NCBI GenBank assembly: GCA_963827475.1
Contig: CAWHAZ010000005.1
Span: 832,001 to 896,000, forward strand
DNA: 64,000 bases
Direction: 5' to 3'
Source: an uncultured Chloroflexia bacterium
GTDB lineage: Bacteria > Chloroflexota > Limnocylindria > QHBO01
The position numbers and the translations under genes were made by a program. The notes under the pieces were generated by a model. The model worked only from the letters and a program-made list of their open reading frames with translations. It did no database searches and was not told the origin of the DNA. Below, in pieces: positions 45,858 to 56,038 of the stretch. Each line of letters starts with the position of its first letter. The first letter of the stretch is position 1.

Positions 45858-46667
45858 CCGCCGCCGGCGCTGCCACCATGCGGTGCCTGGCGATCGGCGA
45901 CATCATCGGCAAGCCGGGCCGCCTGGCCATCGAGAACGCGCTGCCCGACCTGCGAACCGAGCTGGAGGTCGACTTCGTGATCGCCAACGGCGAGAACGTG
46001 GCCGCCGGGGCCGGCCTCACACCGAGCCTGGCCGAAGGGCTGTTCGAGACGGGAATCGACGTCATCACCAGCGGCAACCACATCTGGGACAAACGCGAGA
46101 TCTACGACTACCTCGACACCGATGCGCCGGTCCTCCGACCGGCGAACTACCCCGATGACGCCCCGGGCCGCGGCTGGCTCATCGCCAACCTGGCCGACGG
46201 CACGCCGGTGGCGGTCATCAACCTCATGGGTCGGGTCACCATGAACCAGCTCGACTCACCATTCGTGATGGCCGACACCCTGCTCGACGGGGTGGGGGAG
46301 CCGCTGCCGCTCCTGCGATTCGTGGACTTCCACTGCGAGCTCACCTCCGAGAAGAACGCCATGGGCTGGCACCTGGACGGTCGGGTGACCGCGGTGGTGG
46401 GCACCCACACCCACGTCCCGACCGCCGACGCCAAGGTCCTGCCCCAGGGGACGGCGTACCTCAGCGACGTCGGGCATGACCGGTCCGCGCGACTCGGTCA
46501 TCGGCTTCCGGCTGGACACCGTCCTGCCCCGCTTCCTTCGCCACCTGCCGACCCGGTTCGAGGTGGCCGAGGGCCCCGTCAACCTGAACGCCGCGCTGAT
46601 CGAGGCCGACCGGGCGACTGGCCTGGCGACGAGCATCCAGCTCATCCAACGCCTGGTCGAGGTCTGA
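45854..46667 (+). CDS. ymdB: YmdB-family metallophosphoesterase, frameshift near 46473
   Basis: GDIIGKPG, NGEN, TSGNH, DFHCE, GTHTHV, then GMTGP.DSVIG. Confidence 0.9.
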
Positions 46668-47651
46668 CCGATCTGACCGATCCGCTCATTCGCGCCTCAG
46701 GGCGGCGGACATCCCGACCCGCTCCACTCGGTGCCGTGGTCGGGCCGACAGCCACCGGAAAGACTGACCTCTCGCTGGTGCTCGCCGATCAGCTAGAGCG
46801 CGGAGATCCTCGTCGCCGACTCGCGGCAGGTGTACCGCGGCCTGGACATCGGAACCGCCAAGGTGGGCGCCGCGGATCGGAAGCGGGTGCCGCACCACCT
46901 CCTCGACCTGGTGGAACCGGGTGAGCCGTTCACGGTTGCCCAGTGGGCCGAGCGGGCGCGGACGCTCGTGCCCGAGATCGCGTCCCGCGGCCGCCTGCCG
47001 CTGGTCGTGGGCGGAACGGGCCTGTACGTCACCGCCCTGGTGGACGGCTTCGACTTCGCCAGCCAGCCGTGGAGCCCGGAGGTGCGGGAGCGCCTGGCGG
47101 ATGAGCTCGAAGCCGAGGGCCTCGCGGTGCTGGCTGAACGGCTCACGATGCTCGATCCGGCGAGCGCGGCCCGGACCGACCTCCGCAACCCCCGCCGCGT
47201 GCTCCGCGCTCTCGAGCGGGCGGACCTCATCGGTGCCGCGGCCGCCAACACCGTTGGCGCGAAGCCCTACCCCGGCCGGATCGGGCTCATCGGTCTCACC
47301 AGGCCGTTATCGGTCCTCGACCAACGGGTGGGGGAGCGGGCCGAGACCATGTTCCGCGAGGGGATCCTCGGCGAGACCCGCGTCCTCCTCGAGCGCAACC
47401 TCGACCCGGCCACGCCGGCCTTGACCGGCCACGGCTATGCGGAGGCTGCCCGTCATCTGGCGGGGGAGTGGAGCCTCGAGGAGGCGATAGCCGTCACCGC
47501 GCGCCGGGTCCGTCGCTATGTCCGCCGGCAGCTGAGCTGGTTCCGACGCGATCGGCGCATCGTGTGGCTCGACGCCGGCGACAAACCGGCAGACGATCCG
47601 TCGCTCGTGCGGCAGGGGAGTGATCTCCTGCGCAGCCTGACCCTGGGCTAG
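46664..47651 (+). CDS. miaA: tRNA dimethylallyltransferase, frameshift near 46799, start uncertain
   Basis: GPTATGKT, then DSRQVYRGLDIGTAK, HHLLD, VGGTGLY, RRQLSWFR. Confidence 0.9.
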
Positions 47652-47663
47652 CATGGCCGCTTC

Positions 47664-48989
47664 ATGAGTCGTTCCACCGCCAAGACCGTGGAGGTTGCCC
47701 CGCCGGTCGAGCGCGCATTCCTCGTCGCGCTCGAGTCACCGGCTGCCGAGCGCTGGCCGGTCGATCGTCGCCTGGCGGAGCTCGCGGCCCTCACCGCGGC
47801 CGCCGGGGCGGAAGTGGTGGGGAGCGCCTCGCAGAAGCGGGCGCATCCTGACCCAACGTGGTACTTCGGGAAGGGACGCGCAGCCGATCTGGCCGACGAA
47901 AAGGCCCTGTCCGGGTTCAGCGTGCTCGTCGTCGACGACGAGTTGAGCCCGGCTCAGCAGCGGACGCTCGAGAAGCTGCTCGACGGCAAAGTCGTTGACC
48001 GCAGCGCCCTGATCCTCGACATCTTCGCGCGCCATGCCCGGACCCGCGAGGGCCGGCTCCAGGTCGAGCTGGCCCAGCTCGAGTACCACCTGCCGCGGCT
48101 GACCCGGATGTGGACCCACCTCTCGCGCACCGCCGGCGGGATCGGGGCCCGGGGCCCTGGCGAGAGCCAGCTCGAGACCGACCGCCGCCGCATCCGGGAA
48201 AAGATCCATCGGCTCCGCGGCGAGATCAGTCGGGTGAAGCGCCATCGCGCGACCGCCGGTCGTCGTCGGGATCGGTCCGAGGTGCCCGTTGTGGCGCTGG
48301 TGGGGTACACGAACGCCGGCAAGTCCACGCTCCTGAACGCCCTGACCGATGCCGACGCGTTCGTGGCCGACATGCCATTCGCGACCCTGGATCCGACCTC
48401 GCGGCGGATCACGCTCGAATCGCACCGCAAGGTCGTGCTGACCGATACGGTGGGCTTCATCAACAAGCTGCCCCACGACCTCGTCGACGCCTTCCGCGCC
48501 ACGCTGGAGGAGGTCCTGCGCGCCGATCTGCTGCTCGAGGTGGTCGACGCGTCCGACCCGGACTTCATCGCCCAGCAGGAGACGGTGGCGACCGTCCTCG
48601 AGGAGCTCGGAGCGGGCGGCAAGCCGCGCATCCTGGTCTTCAACAAGCTCGACCGCCTGAACGGGGCGGTGGCCACGGCCGGGCCGCCACCATCCGACGA
48701 CGACGTCGCCTACGTCAGCGCGCTGACCGGTGACGGGCTGGACGCGCTCCGGGATCGAATCGCAACCGCCCTCCGCGGCCGGCTGGTGCCGGTGGATGCG
48801 GTCGTGCCCTATCCGCGTGCCGAGCTGCTGGCCCGTGCCCGCTCGGCGGGGGAGGTCACCGAACGCTTCACCGATGACGGCGTCCGGATCATGGGCCGCC
48901 TGCCGGAGTCACTCGCCGGCGAGCTCCAGGCTGCCGCCGTGGGCCCGCCACCCCCGTCGCCCCGTCGGCGCGCGTCGCAGGCGGGCTAG
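47664..48989 (+). CDS. hflX: GTPase HflX
   Basis: LILDIFA, EGRLQVELAQ, GPGESQLETDRR, GYTNAGKST, DTVGFI, NKLD. Confidence 0.96.
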   Translation: MSRSTAKTVEVAPPVERAFLVALESPAAERWPVDRRLAELAALTAAAGAEVVGSASQKRAHPDPTWYFGKGRAADLADEKALSGFSVLVVDDELSPAQQRTLEKLLDGKVVDRSALILDIFARHARTREGRLQVELAQLEYHLPRLTRMWTHLSRTAGGIGARGPGESQLETDRRRIREKIHRLRGEISRVKRHRATAGRRRDRSEVPVVALVGYTNAGKSTLLNALTDADAFVADMPFATLDPTSRRITLESHRKVVLTDTVGFINKLPHDLVDAFRATLEEVLRADLLLEVVDASDPDFIAQQETVATVLEELGAGGKPRILVFNKLDRLNGAVATAGPPPSDDDVAYVSALTGDGLDALRDRIATALRGRLVPVDAVVPYPRAELLARARSAGEVTERFTDDGVRIMGRLPESLAGELQAAAVGPPPPSPRRRASQAG

Positions 48990-49021
48990 ACCCACCGCCC
49001 AGCGCGACCCTCGCGGCCCGC

Positions 49022-49350
49022 CTAGCGGCCGAGTGACGCGTCGCCTGCGTGGGACGGCGCCCGCCACGCCGACGCGCAGCGCGCTGCTCGCGCCGTACGA
49101 GGAGCTCGACGCCCGACGACGACCCAGCCGCCAGTCAGGACGAAGAGCAGGCCGTAGCGCGCCGGCGAGGAGCGCGCCGCCACCTGCCACGAATGCGCCG
49201 ATCGCCGGCCGAATGGACTCCAAGGCCACGGTACGCCAACCAGCCGGCAGCGCGCATGACCCTCGCGTCGTCTTCTGCATGACCGAGACGCTACGGCGGC
49301 GCTGGATCCAGGCGACATCCATGGCCATTCAGGTCGTCGGCCCGATCCAT
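49022..49350 (-). pseudogene. Fragmented small membrane-protein-like ORF
   Basis: Hydrophobic stretches (AIGAFVAGGGALLAGA; YGLLFVLTGGWVVVG) fall in different frames. Could be decay or sequencing error. Confidence 0.3.
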
Positions 49351-49378
49351 TAGTCCCCGAACGGCTGCTCGCGCCATC

Positions 49379-49406
49379 ACTTCCGCAAATGGAGGTTATG
49401 TTGCGT
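49379..49406. other. dif-like XerC/XerD recombination site
   Basis: ACTTCCGCAAA-TGGAGG-TTATGTTGCGT: 11-6-11 layout with AA/TTATGT inner arms, at the gene-orientation switch. Confidence 0.7.
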
Positions 49407-49500
49407 TAGGCTCGAAACCAAGCGGTGGCGGCTGAGTGCCCATGGCCATGACTCGCGCCCTGACTGGACTGATTCGCAGGATTGGCCCGGGGTTCGGCAG

Positions 49501-50091
49501 TCAGCGACGCGTCCACGGCGTGCCGGGCATGCCGACCAGCAGGACCCACGCGGCCATGAAGCGACATTCCTTCGTCTCGCAGGCGGAAATGTCCACGGGC
49601 TCGGGGGTGAGCTCCAGCTGGTCGCCGTCAACGCGGTACTGAAACTCCTGGCCGTTGATGACGATCGTGTCGTCATCAACTAGGGAGTACTCCCCGTCGT
49701 CCACCTGGTCCCCGTTGAAGTCTCGGGATCCGAAAGCTCCGTCTGCCGTGAAGAAATGGGAGTGCTCGCGATCGACCGCTCCGGCGCACGGCTGGCCTGG
49801 ATCCTGCAGTTCTGACGTGTCAGGTGGCACACCAGGAACCAGCTCGTTCCCATAGATCTGTTCCGCAACGAATTCGTCCAGGCCGGCATCAGTCAGAAGC
49901 GCATAGATCGTGTCGCAATCGTGGAGGGCCATCCACTCGCCGACGATTGGGTCGGCCGCGCTCGATGCCACGGCGGCGGGTGACTCGGACGAGAGCACAG
50001 AACTCGGCGGAGTCGACGCCGAGGGCGTCGCACCGCCGCATGCAGTGACAGCACTGAGGAGTACGGCAGCCATCATGGATCGGCGTTGCAT
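49501..50091 (-). CDS. Hypothetical lipoprotein
   Basis: Signal with VTAC lipobox, Ser/Pro linker, acidic domain with four Cys; more A/T-ending codons than neighbours. Confidence 0.65.
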   Translation of the reverse strand: MQRRSMMAAVLLSAVTACGGATPSASTPPSSVLSSESPAAVASSAADPIVGEWMALHDCDTIYALLTDAGLDEFVAEQIYGNELVPGVPPDTSELQDPGQPCAGAVDREHSHFFTADGAFGSRDFNGDQVDDGEYSLVDDDTIVINGQEFQYRVDGDQLELTPEPVDISACETKECRFMAAWVLLVGMPGTPWTRR

Positions 50092-50157
50092 CGAACGCGC
50101 ACCTCAACTCGGGTGGGCCTCAGTTGCCGGGGCGTGGCCCCTGTTGGGCGCAGGACC

Positions 50158-50599
50158 TCAGAGCAAGGCTACTGGAAGTGCCCGATGGTCCATCGGCGGG
50201 GATGCGCAGCCTGAGTCAGTCGCCGTTCGGGATCTGGACGCCGAGGGTGATGGCCGCAGCGACCACGGCAGCACGGCGAGCGCAACGGATTCGACGCCCG
50301 TGAGGTCGGCGTCACCGCCGAGGGCCTGGAAGATCTCCCACGGGAGCGCGGCGAAGATCACCGGCGCAATGGTCCAGGCCAGCACGACGACGGTGGGAGC
50401 GACGGCGCCCGGGAGGCTCATGGCCCGGGTCGCCACGCCGGTCAGGAGTCCCAGGAAGGCCGCCAGGAGCAGGATGAGGATCACGGCCGGTTCCTCGTGC
50501 CGCGCCGGAGCCCTGGACGAGCTTCACGAGGCCCTGCTGAACCACGGCGACGACGCCAGTGAGGAGCAGGGTGAGCAGCACCGCTCGGGCGCCTCTCAA
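50158..50599 (-). CDS. Hypothetical membrane protein, probable frameshift near 50487, 3' end uncertain
   Basis: ORFs 50312..50599 and 50158..50484 each contribute hydrophobic helices; start overlaps the murC stop. Confidence 0.45.
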
Positions 50600-52008
50600 G
50601 AGATGCCCTCCCCTGCCTGCTCCTCGAGGATTTCGGCGATCCGGGCCGCGATCTTGTGGCTGGAGCCGATCCCGAGCGTGACCACGGCCTCGCCCGGCCG
50701 TAGCTTGTGGCCGACGTAGTCGCCGGTCTCGAGCACGTCCCCCGTCGCGATGGCGGGCACGGCCGACACCTCCTCGATGGCATCGGCCAGCTCCTCCGCG
50801 CTCACGATCGTGGTGTCGGGGTCGCGGGCGGCGAAGACATCGGCCACCACCACCTCATCGGCCGCACCGAAGGCAGAGGCGTACTCGTCGAACATCGCTC
50901 GCGTTCGGGCGAACGTGTGCGGCTCGATGACGGCCCACAGCCGGCGGTTCCCGACCCGCTGCCGGGCGCCCTCGAGCGCGGCCCGCACCTCGGTCGGATG
51001 GTGCGCGTAGTCGTCGAACACGAGCACGCCGGCAGTATCCGCGATCAGCTCCAGCCTCCGGGACGCCCCGCTGAAGCCATCCAGAGCCTCGTGGAGGGTC
51101 TCAGGATCGATTCCCAGCTCTCGGGCCATGACCAGCGCCCCGACAGCGTTGAGCACGTTGTGCGCGCCGGCCAGGCGCGATCGGTAGCGCAGGCCGAACA
51201 GGTCGAAGCTGGTGCCGCCCTGGTCGAAGGTGACGTTGGCCGCCGCGATATCGGTGCCCGGCCCGTACTCAACCAGCCGGCCGTCCCAGCCCTCCAGCCG
51301 GGCCAGGACCGCCTCGGTGCCCGCATCCCCTGCCAGGGCCACCAGCAGCCGGCCGCCCACCAGCTCGTGGCTGCTCATCCCGAGCAGGAAGCGGACGAAC
51401 ATGTCGTACACGGCGTCGGTGTCGACGAACACGTCGGGGTGGTCCATCTCGATCGTGGTCAGGAGGACGGCCGATGGGTGGAGGTGGAGGAAGTTGCCGT
51501 CGTACTCGTCGGCCTCGGCGATGAACTCCAATCCCCCACCGGTCCGCGCCGATGCGCCCCAGGCCGGGATCAGCGCGCCGACTTCCACCGCCGGGTCGTG
51601 GCCGGCGGCGAGGAGGAGGTGGCCAAGGAGGGCGGTCGCGGTCGACTTGCCGTGGGTGCCGGCGACGGCCACCCCGAGCCGACCTCGCTCCCCCATCAGC
51701 TCGCCGAGGAGGGTCTGCCAGGGCACGACCGGGATCCCCCGCTCGCGTGCGGCGGCGAGCTCGGGCAGGTCCGGCTCGAGACGCAGGGCTGCGCTGACCG
51801 CGACCCGGTCCACGCCTTCCAGGTGGGCTGGGTCATGGCCTGTAACCACTGAGACACCGATACTGGTTAGTGGCTCGGTGTACGCCGACAGCCCGGCGGC
51901 ATCGCAGCCGTCCACCTGGGCCCCGGCATGGGCGGCGAGCAGAGCGGTCCCTGCGGCTCCGGCGCCGGCGATGCCGATGACGTGGATCCGCTCGCCGGGC
52001 GCCACCAT
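50596..52008 (-). CDS. murC: UDP-N-acetylmuramate--L-alanine ligase
   Basis: IHVIGIAGAG, VAGTHGKST, EADEYD, MDHPD, HNVLN, DDYAHHPTE, EPHTFART. Confidence 0.9.
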   Translation of the reverse strand: MVAPGERIHVIGIAGAGAAGTALLAAHAGAQVDGCDAAGLSAYTEPLTSIGVSVVTGHDPAHLEGVDRVAVSAALRLEPDLPELAAARERGIPVVPWQTLLGELMGERGRLGVAVAGTHGKSTATALLGHLLLAAGHDPAVEVGALIPAWGASARTGGGLEFIAEADEYDGNFLHLHPSAVLLTTIEMDHPDVFVDTDAVYDMFVRFLLGMSSHELVGGRLLVALAGDAGTEAVLARLEGWDGRLVEYGPGTDIAAANVTFDQGGTSFDLFGLRYRSRLAGAHNVLNAVGALVMARELGIDPETLHEALDGFSGASRRLELIADTAGVLVFDDYAHHPTEVRAALEGARQRVGNRRLWAVIEPHTFARTRAMFDEYASAFGAADEVVVADVFAARDPDTTIVSAEELADAIEEVSAVPAIATGDVLETGDYVGHKLRPGEAVVTLGIGSSHKIAARIAEILEEQAGEGIS

Positions 52009-52511
52009 CAGGGGGTGGTGATCTCCCTGCGCGCGAGCTCGAGCGCGGCGAGGGCTGCCGCGGCCTTGTTGCCGTCCCGGTCGTGGCTGAACACGTGGCG
52101 CTCGACGGTGGCGGGATGTCCCCGACGGGAGGCGGCGACGAAATGGAGGCCGACCGGCTTGTCCACTCCCCCGCCGTCCGGCCCGGCGATCCCGGTCACC
52201 GCCACGCCCAGGTCGGCGTCGAACCGGGTCCGGACGCCCACGGCCATGGCGTGCGCCACCTCCTCGCTGACCGCGCCGTGGCTGACGAGCAGGTCCGCCG
52301 GAACGTGCAGCTCCCGCTCCTTGGCCAGGTTCGAGTATGCGATCACGCCCCCGAGGTAGTAGCGGCTGGCGCCGGGGATCATGGTGATGACATGACCGAT
52401 GAGCCCCGCCGTGGAGGACTCGGCGGTGACGAGCGTCCACTCGGCGGCCAGCAACGCCTCCCCCAGGCCGGCCGCGGCCGATTCGAGATCGGTCTCGGCG
52501 GGCCCGCTCAT
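52008..52511 (-). CDS. cinA: CinA C-terminal / PncC NMN deamidase family protein
   Basis: TAESSTAG, PGASRY, AYSN.AK, HGAVSE, TGIAGPDGG..KPVG. Confidence 0.88.
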   Translation of the reverse strand: MSGPAETDLESAAAGLGEALLAAEWTLVTAESSTAGLIGHVITMIPGASRYYLGGVIAYSNLAKERELHVPADLLVSHGAVSEEVAHAMAVGVRTRFDADLGVAVTGIAGPDGGGVDKPVGLHFVAASRRGHPATVERHVFSHDRDGNKAAAALAALELARREITTP

Positions 52512-52996
52512 CGGTAGTTGATGAACTGGAGGGCGACCGGGTAGTCGAGTGCCCGCAGGTCGGTGATGACCGCCTGCAGGTCGTCCTTCTTGGGCGAGAT
52601 GACCCGCAGCGCGTCGCCCTGGATCGAGACCTTGACCTTGGGAAAGTGGTCGCGGACGTGCTTCGACAGCTCCTTGGCCTGCTCGGAGGTCAGGCCCCGC
52701 TTCAGACCGATGACCTGGCGGACGGTTCCGCCGGCAGCCGGCTCGACCTTCCCCCAGTCGAAGATCTTCAGGGAGAGGCTTCGCTTCACGGCCTTGGACT
52801 GGAGCAGGTCCTTGACTGCGGCAGCGCGGAAGTCGTCGTCGGCGATGAGGGTGATATCGGTCTTGCCCAGGTCGAGGGCGCTCTTCGAACCCTTGAAGTC
52901 GTATCGGGTCGCGATCTCGCGCCGGACCTGGTCCAGCGCGTTCACCAGCTCCTGCTGATCGAAGTCGCTCACCACGTCGAACGAGAAGTCTGCCAT
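52508..52996 (-). CDS. yajQ: YajQ family nucleotide-binding protein
   Basis: SFDVVS, RYDFKGS, IQGDALRV, DDLQAVI, LQFINYR. Confidence 0.93.
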   Translation of the reverse strand: MADFSFDVVSDFDQQELVNALDQVRREIATRYDFKGSKSALDLGKTDITLIADDDFRAAAVKDLLQSKAVKRSLSLKIFDWGKVEPAAGGTVRQVIGLKRGLTSEQAKELSKHVRDHFPKVKVSIQGDALRVISPKKDDLQAVITDLRALDYPVALQFINYR

Positions 52997-53007
52997 CGGT
53001 CCCTATC

Positions 53008-53757
53008 TTATGGGCTGGTGGGGCTGCCGCTCGGCAGCGCGGCGGGCGGCGCACTCGGGGCCGGGGTCGGTGTTTCGGGCGGCAGGGTGACCGTGATCGT
53101 GCGACTCACCGGGCTCGACGGGCGCAGGGTCACCGGGTCGGTCGCGACCAGGGTGATGACGTTCGAGCCGGGCACCAGCTCCACCCGGATCGTGAAGACT
53201 CCGGTGTCCGAGGCGGTCGTGCTCGGGTTCTCGCGGAGCCCGTCGACGGTGATCTCGGCATCCGGCACCGTCTCTCCACGGACGAGGTAGGAGGTGCTCC
53301 CGTAGGCGGCGATGTCGGTGGGCGGGTCGGTCACGATCAGGCCGGGCGTGCCGGCGAAGGTGAGGAACTGGTAGGCGAGGTACGACACGAACCCGACGAC
53401 CACCAGCAGGAGCGCCACTCGAACGAGGCGCGCTGTGGTGATGAGGGTCGTTCCCCGGGGCTCGACCGATGTCGGGCGCGGGGCGATGGGGGCGGGTTTC
53501 GCCTTCTCGGCCGGGTTCGTCTCCAGGCGGTAGAGATCGAGGCACCACTCGGGGTCGAGACCGAGGTACCGAGCGTAGTTGCGGACGAAGCCGCGGGTGT
53601 AGACCGGGTCCGGCAGGTCGCGGTAGTCGCCGGCCTCCAGCGCGGTCAGGTATCGGGCACGGATCCGGGTCTCGCGCTCAACGCGGGCGATGTCCCAGCG
53701 CTTCCCCTCGCGGGCCGCCCGGAGCGTCTGCCCCAGCGTGCGGCTCGCATCGGTCAT
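53008..53757 (-). CDS. rodZ: RodZ-like HTH membrane protein
   Basis: LGQTLRAARE, YLTALE, Y.RGFVRNYA..LGLD, then a TM helix and an Ig-like external domain. Confidence 0.8.
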   Translation of the reverse strand: MTDASRTLGQTLRAAREGKRWDIARVERETRIRARYLTALEAGDYRDLPDPVYTRGFVRNYARYLGLDPEWCLDLYRLETNPAEKAKPAPIAPRPTSVEPRGTTLITTARLVRVALLLVVVGFVSYLAYQFLTFAGTPGLIVTDPPTDIAAYGSTSYLVRGETVPDAEITVDGLRENPSTTASDTGVFTIRVELVPGSNVITLVATDPVTLRPSSPVSRTITVTLPPETPTPAPSAPPAALPSGSPTSP

Positions 53758-56033
53758 GCCTCATCCTCACCCGGGCCGATCTCCCCGCCCCAGCCGTCGG
53801 GCGTGATGAGCACCTCGCGGAAGCGGCTGCCGTCGGCGGGGCCGACGATGCCGCGGTCCTCCATCTGGTCAAGGATGCGGGCCGCGCGGGCGTAACCCAC
53901 CCGCAGGCGGCGCTGGAGGAGCGACGCCGAGGCCTTGTCCGAGCGGCGGACGATATCGACCGCCTGGCGGAGCAGCGGGTCCGCATCGCCCTCGCCGTCG
54001 GTCCCGTCACCGTTGCGGTTGTCGCGGCGAGCCGCGGTGATCTCGGTCCGATAGCGCGGCGCGCCCTGGGCCTTCCAGAAGCGGACGAGGCCCTCGATCT
54101 CCGGGTCGGTGACCAGCACACCCTGGAGGCGAACGGCGCGCGGCGCGTCGATGGGCAGGTACAGCATGTCGCCGCGGCCGAGCAGGTCCTCCGCTCCCCC
54201 GGCGTCGAGGATCGTCCGCGAGTCGACGCCGCTGGTCATGGCGAACGCGATGCGGGACGGGATGTTGGCCTTGATCAGCCCGGTGACGACCTGGACCGAT
54301 GGGCGTTGGGTGGCAACGACGAGATGGATGCCGGTCGCCCGCGCCAGCTGGGCGATGCGAGTGATGGTGGCTTCGACCTCGTAGGCGCTCATCATCATCA
54401 GGTCCGCCAGCTCGTCGATCACGACCACGATGTACGGCATCCGCGGCTCGTCCGAGCGCAGCGCGGCGTTGTAACCGGCGATGTTCCGCACGCTCCGCAG
54501 CGCGAACTCGTGGTAGCGGCTCTCCATCGTGCCGACCGTCCACTTCAGAGCGTTGACCGCCTTCTCGGGCTCGACGATGACCTCGGTCAGGAGGTGCGGC
54601 AGGCCGCGGTACTGGGCCAACTCCACGCGCTTGGGGTCGATGAGGATGAGCTTCACCTCGTCGGGCTTGGCGCGCATGACCAGCGAGCAGATGAGCGCGT
54701 TCACGCACACGCTCTTGCCCGACCCGGTGGCGCCGGCGATGAGCAGGTGCGGCATCTTGCCGAGGTCCGCGGCCACCGGCTGGCCGGCCACGTCCTGGCC
54801 GAGCGCGAAGGCCAGCTCGCCCTCCGAGGCGACCTGGATCAGGACCTTGGAACCGAGCACCTCCTTGAGGGTGACCAGGTCGAAGGCCGCGTTCGGGATC
54901 TCGATGCCGACGAACGGCTCGCCCGGGATGGGGGCCTGAATCCGGATCGAGCGGGCGGACAGGGCGAGGGCGAGGTTATCGGCGAGGCCCTGGATGCGGG
55001 ACAGCTTGATCCCCGGGTCGACGTCGAGTGCGTACTGGGTGACGACCGGGCCCTCCTGGATGCGGGCCACCTTCACCCCGATGTCGAAGCTGGCCAACGT
55101 GTCCCTGATCCGGTTTCCCTTGGCCGTGAGGTCCATCTGGGCCGGACCGTTGCCCGGTGCGTCGGCGAGCAGGGTGAGGTCCGGCAGGGCCCACTCCTGG
55201 GCAGCCGCCTCGAGGGCGGCATCCACCGCTTCCCGCTCCCCGATCTCGGCCAGGTGCGCTTCCTCGCTGGACTCGATGTCCTCCTCGGTCGCCGGCGGCG
55301 GACTGACGATGGGCACGGCCACTGCGCTGGCAGCCGTGGCGGCGGCCATAGGAGCGGGCTCGGCCCGCTGCCGTCGAAGGATGAGGGGCGGATCCTCGGG
55401 GACGGGGCGACCGGTTGGCACTGGGGCCACGCCCGCCTTGGACCCCTTGCCACCAGCCGCCGCGGCGGCTGCGGCGGGGCCTACTTCTTCCTGGCGGCGG
55501 GACCAGGCGGTGAACACGTCCCCGATGGTCATGTTGAAGAAGAGCAGGAAGCCAACGACCAGCAGCAGGAACAGCACGATGGCCGCGCCAGTGGTGCCGA
55601 GCAGCAGCACGAGCGGAGCGCACATCAGGGTGCCGATCACCCCTCCCCCATCGCCCGGCGGCACGACCGCGCCCGCGCCGCCGACCGCCAGTTGGAACAG
55701 CCCCAGCAGCGAGAGCGTCACGAGGAGCACGCCGAGGGCGGAGATGATCCGCTCAGTCGGCACGGTGCGCATCCAGAGCAGGAGCGCGGCGAGCAGGAGG
55801 AGGGCAGGAGCGAAGAAGATCCCCCACCCGAGCATCGTCTCGAGGAAGTCTCGCCAGAGCGCCACCCCGGCCGCGGCGTCCGGGGTCAGGATGGCCAGCA
55901 GCGACACCAGGGCCAGGACGACGAGCACGATGGCGCCGACCTCGCGGACGACGCGGCGGCTGATCCGGATCCCGGTGTTCGCCGCCCTCCGGGCCCGCTT
56001 CTGGCGCCGCGAGCGACTCCTCGCCTTGGCCAT
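53754..56033 (-). CDS. ftsK: DNA translocase FtsK
   Basis: N-terminal TMs, AGATGSGKS, IDPKRVEL, IDELADLMM, ATQRPS, gamma domain LLQRRLRVGYARAAR. Confidence 0.96.
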   Translation of the reverse strand: MAKARSRSRRQKRARRAANTGIRISRRVVREVGAIVLVVLALVSLLAILTPDAAAGVALWRDFLETMLGWGIFFAPALLLLAALLLWMRTVPTERIISALGVLLVTLSLLGLFQLAVGGAGAVVPPGDGGGVIGTLMCAPLVLLLGTTGAAIVLFLLLVVGFLLFFNMTIGDVFTAWSRRQEEVGPAAAAAAAGGKGSKAGVAPVPTGRPVPEDPPLILRRQRAEPAPMAAATAASAVAVPIVSPPPATEEDIESSEEAHLAEIGEREAVDAALEAAAQEWALPDLTLLADAPGNGPAQMDLTAKGNRIRDTLASFDIGVKVARIQEGPVVTQYALDVDPGIKLSRIQGLADNLALALSARSIRIQAPIPGEPFVGIEIPNAAFDLVTLKEVLGSKVLIQVASEGELAFALGQDVAGQPVAADLGKMPHLLIAGATGSGKSVCVNALICSLVMRAKPDEVKLILIDPKRVELAQYRGLPHLLTEVIVEPEKAVNALKWTVGTMESRYHEFALRSVRNIAGYNAALRSDEPRMPYIVVVIDELADLMMMSAYEVEATITRIAQLARATGIHLVVATQRPSVQVVTGLIKANIPSRIAFAMTSGVDSRTILDAGGAEDLLGRGDMLYLPIDAPRAVRLQGVLVTDPEIEGLVRFWKAQGAPRYRTEITAARRDNRNGDGTDGEGDADPLLRQAVDIVRRSDKASASLLQRRLRVGYARAARILDQMEDRGIVGPADGSRFREVLITPDGWGGEIGPGEDEA

Positions 56034-56038
56034 CGGTG

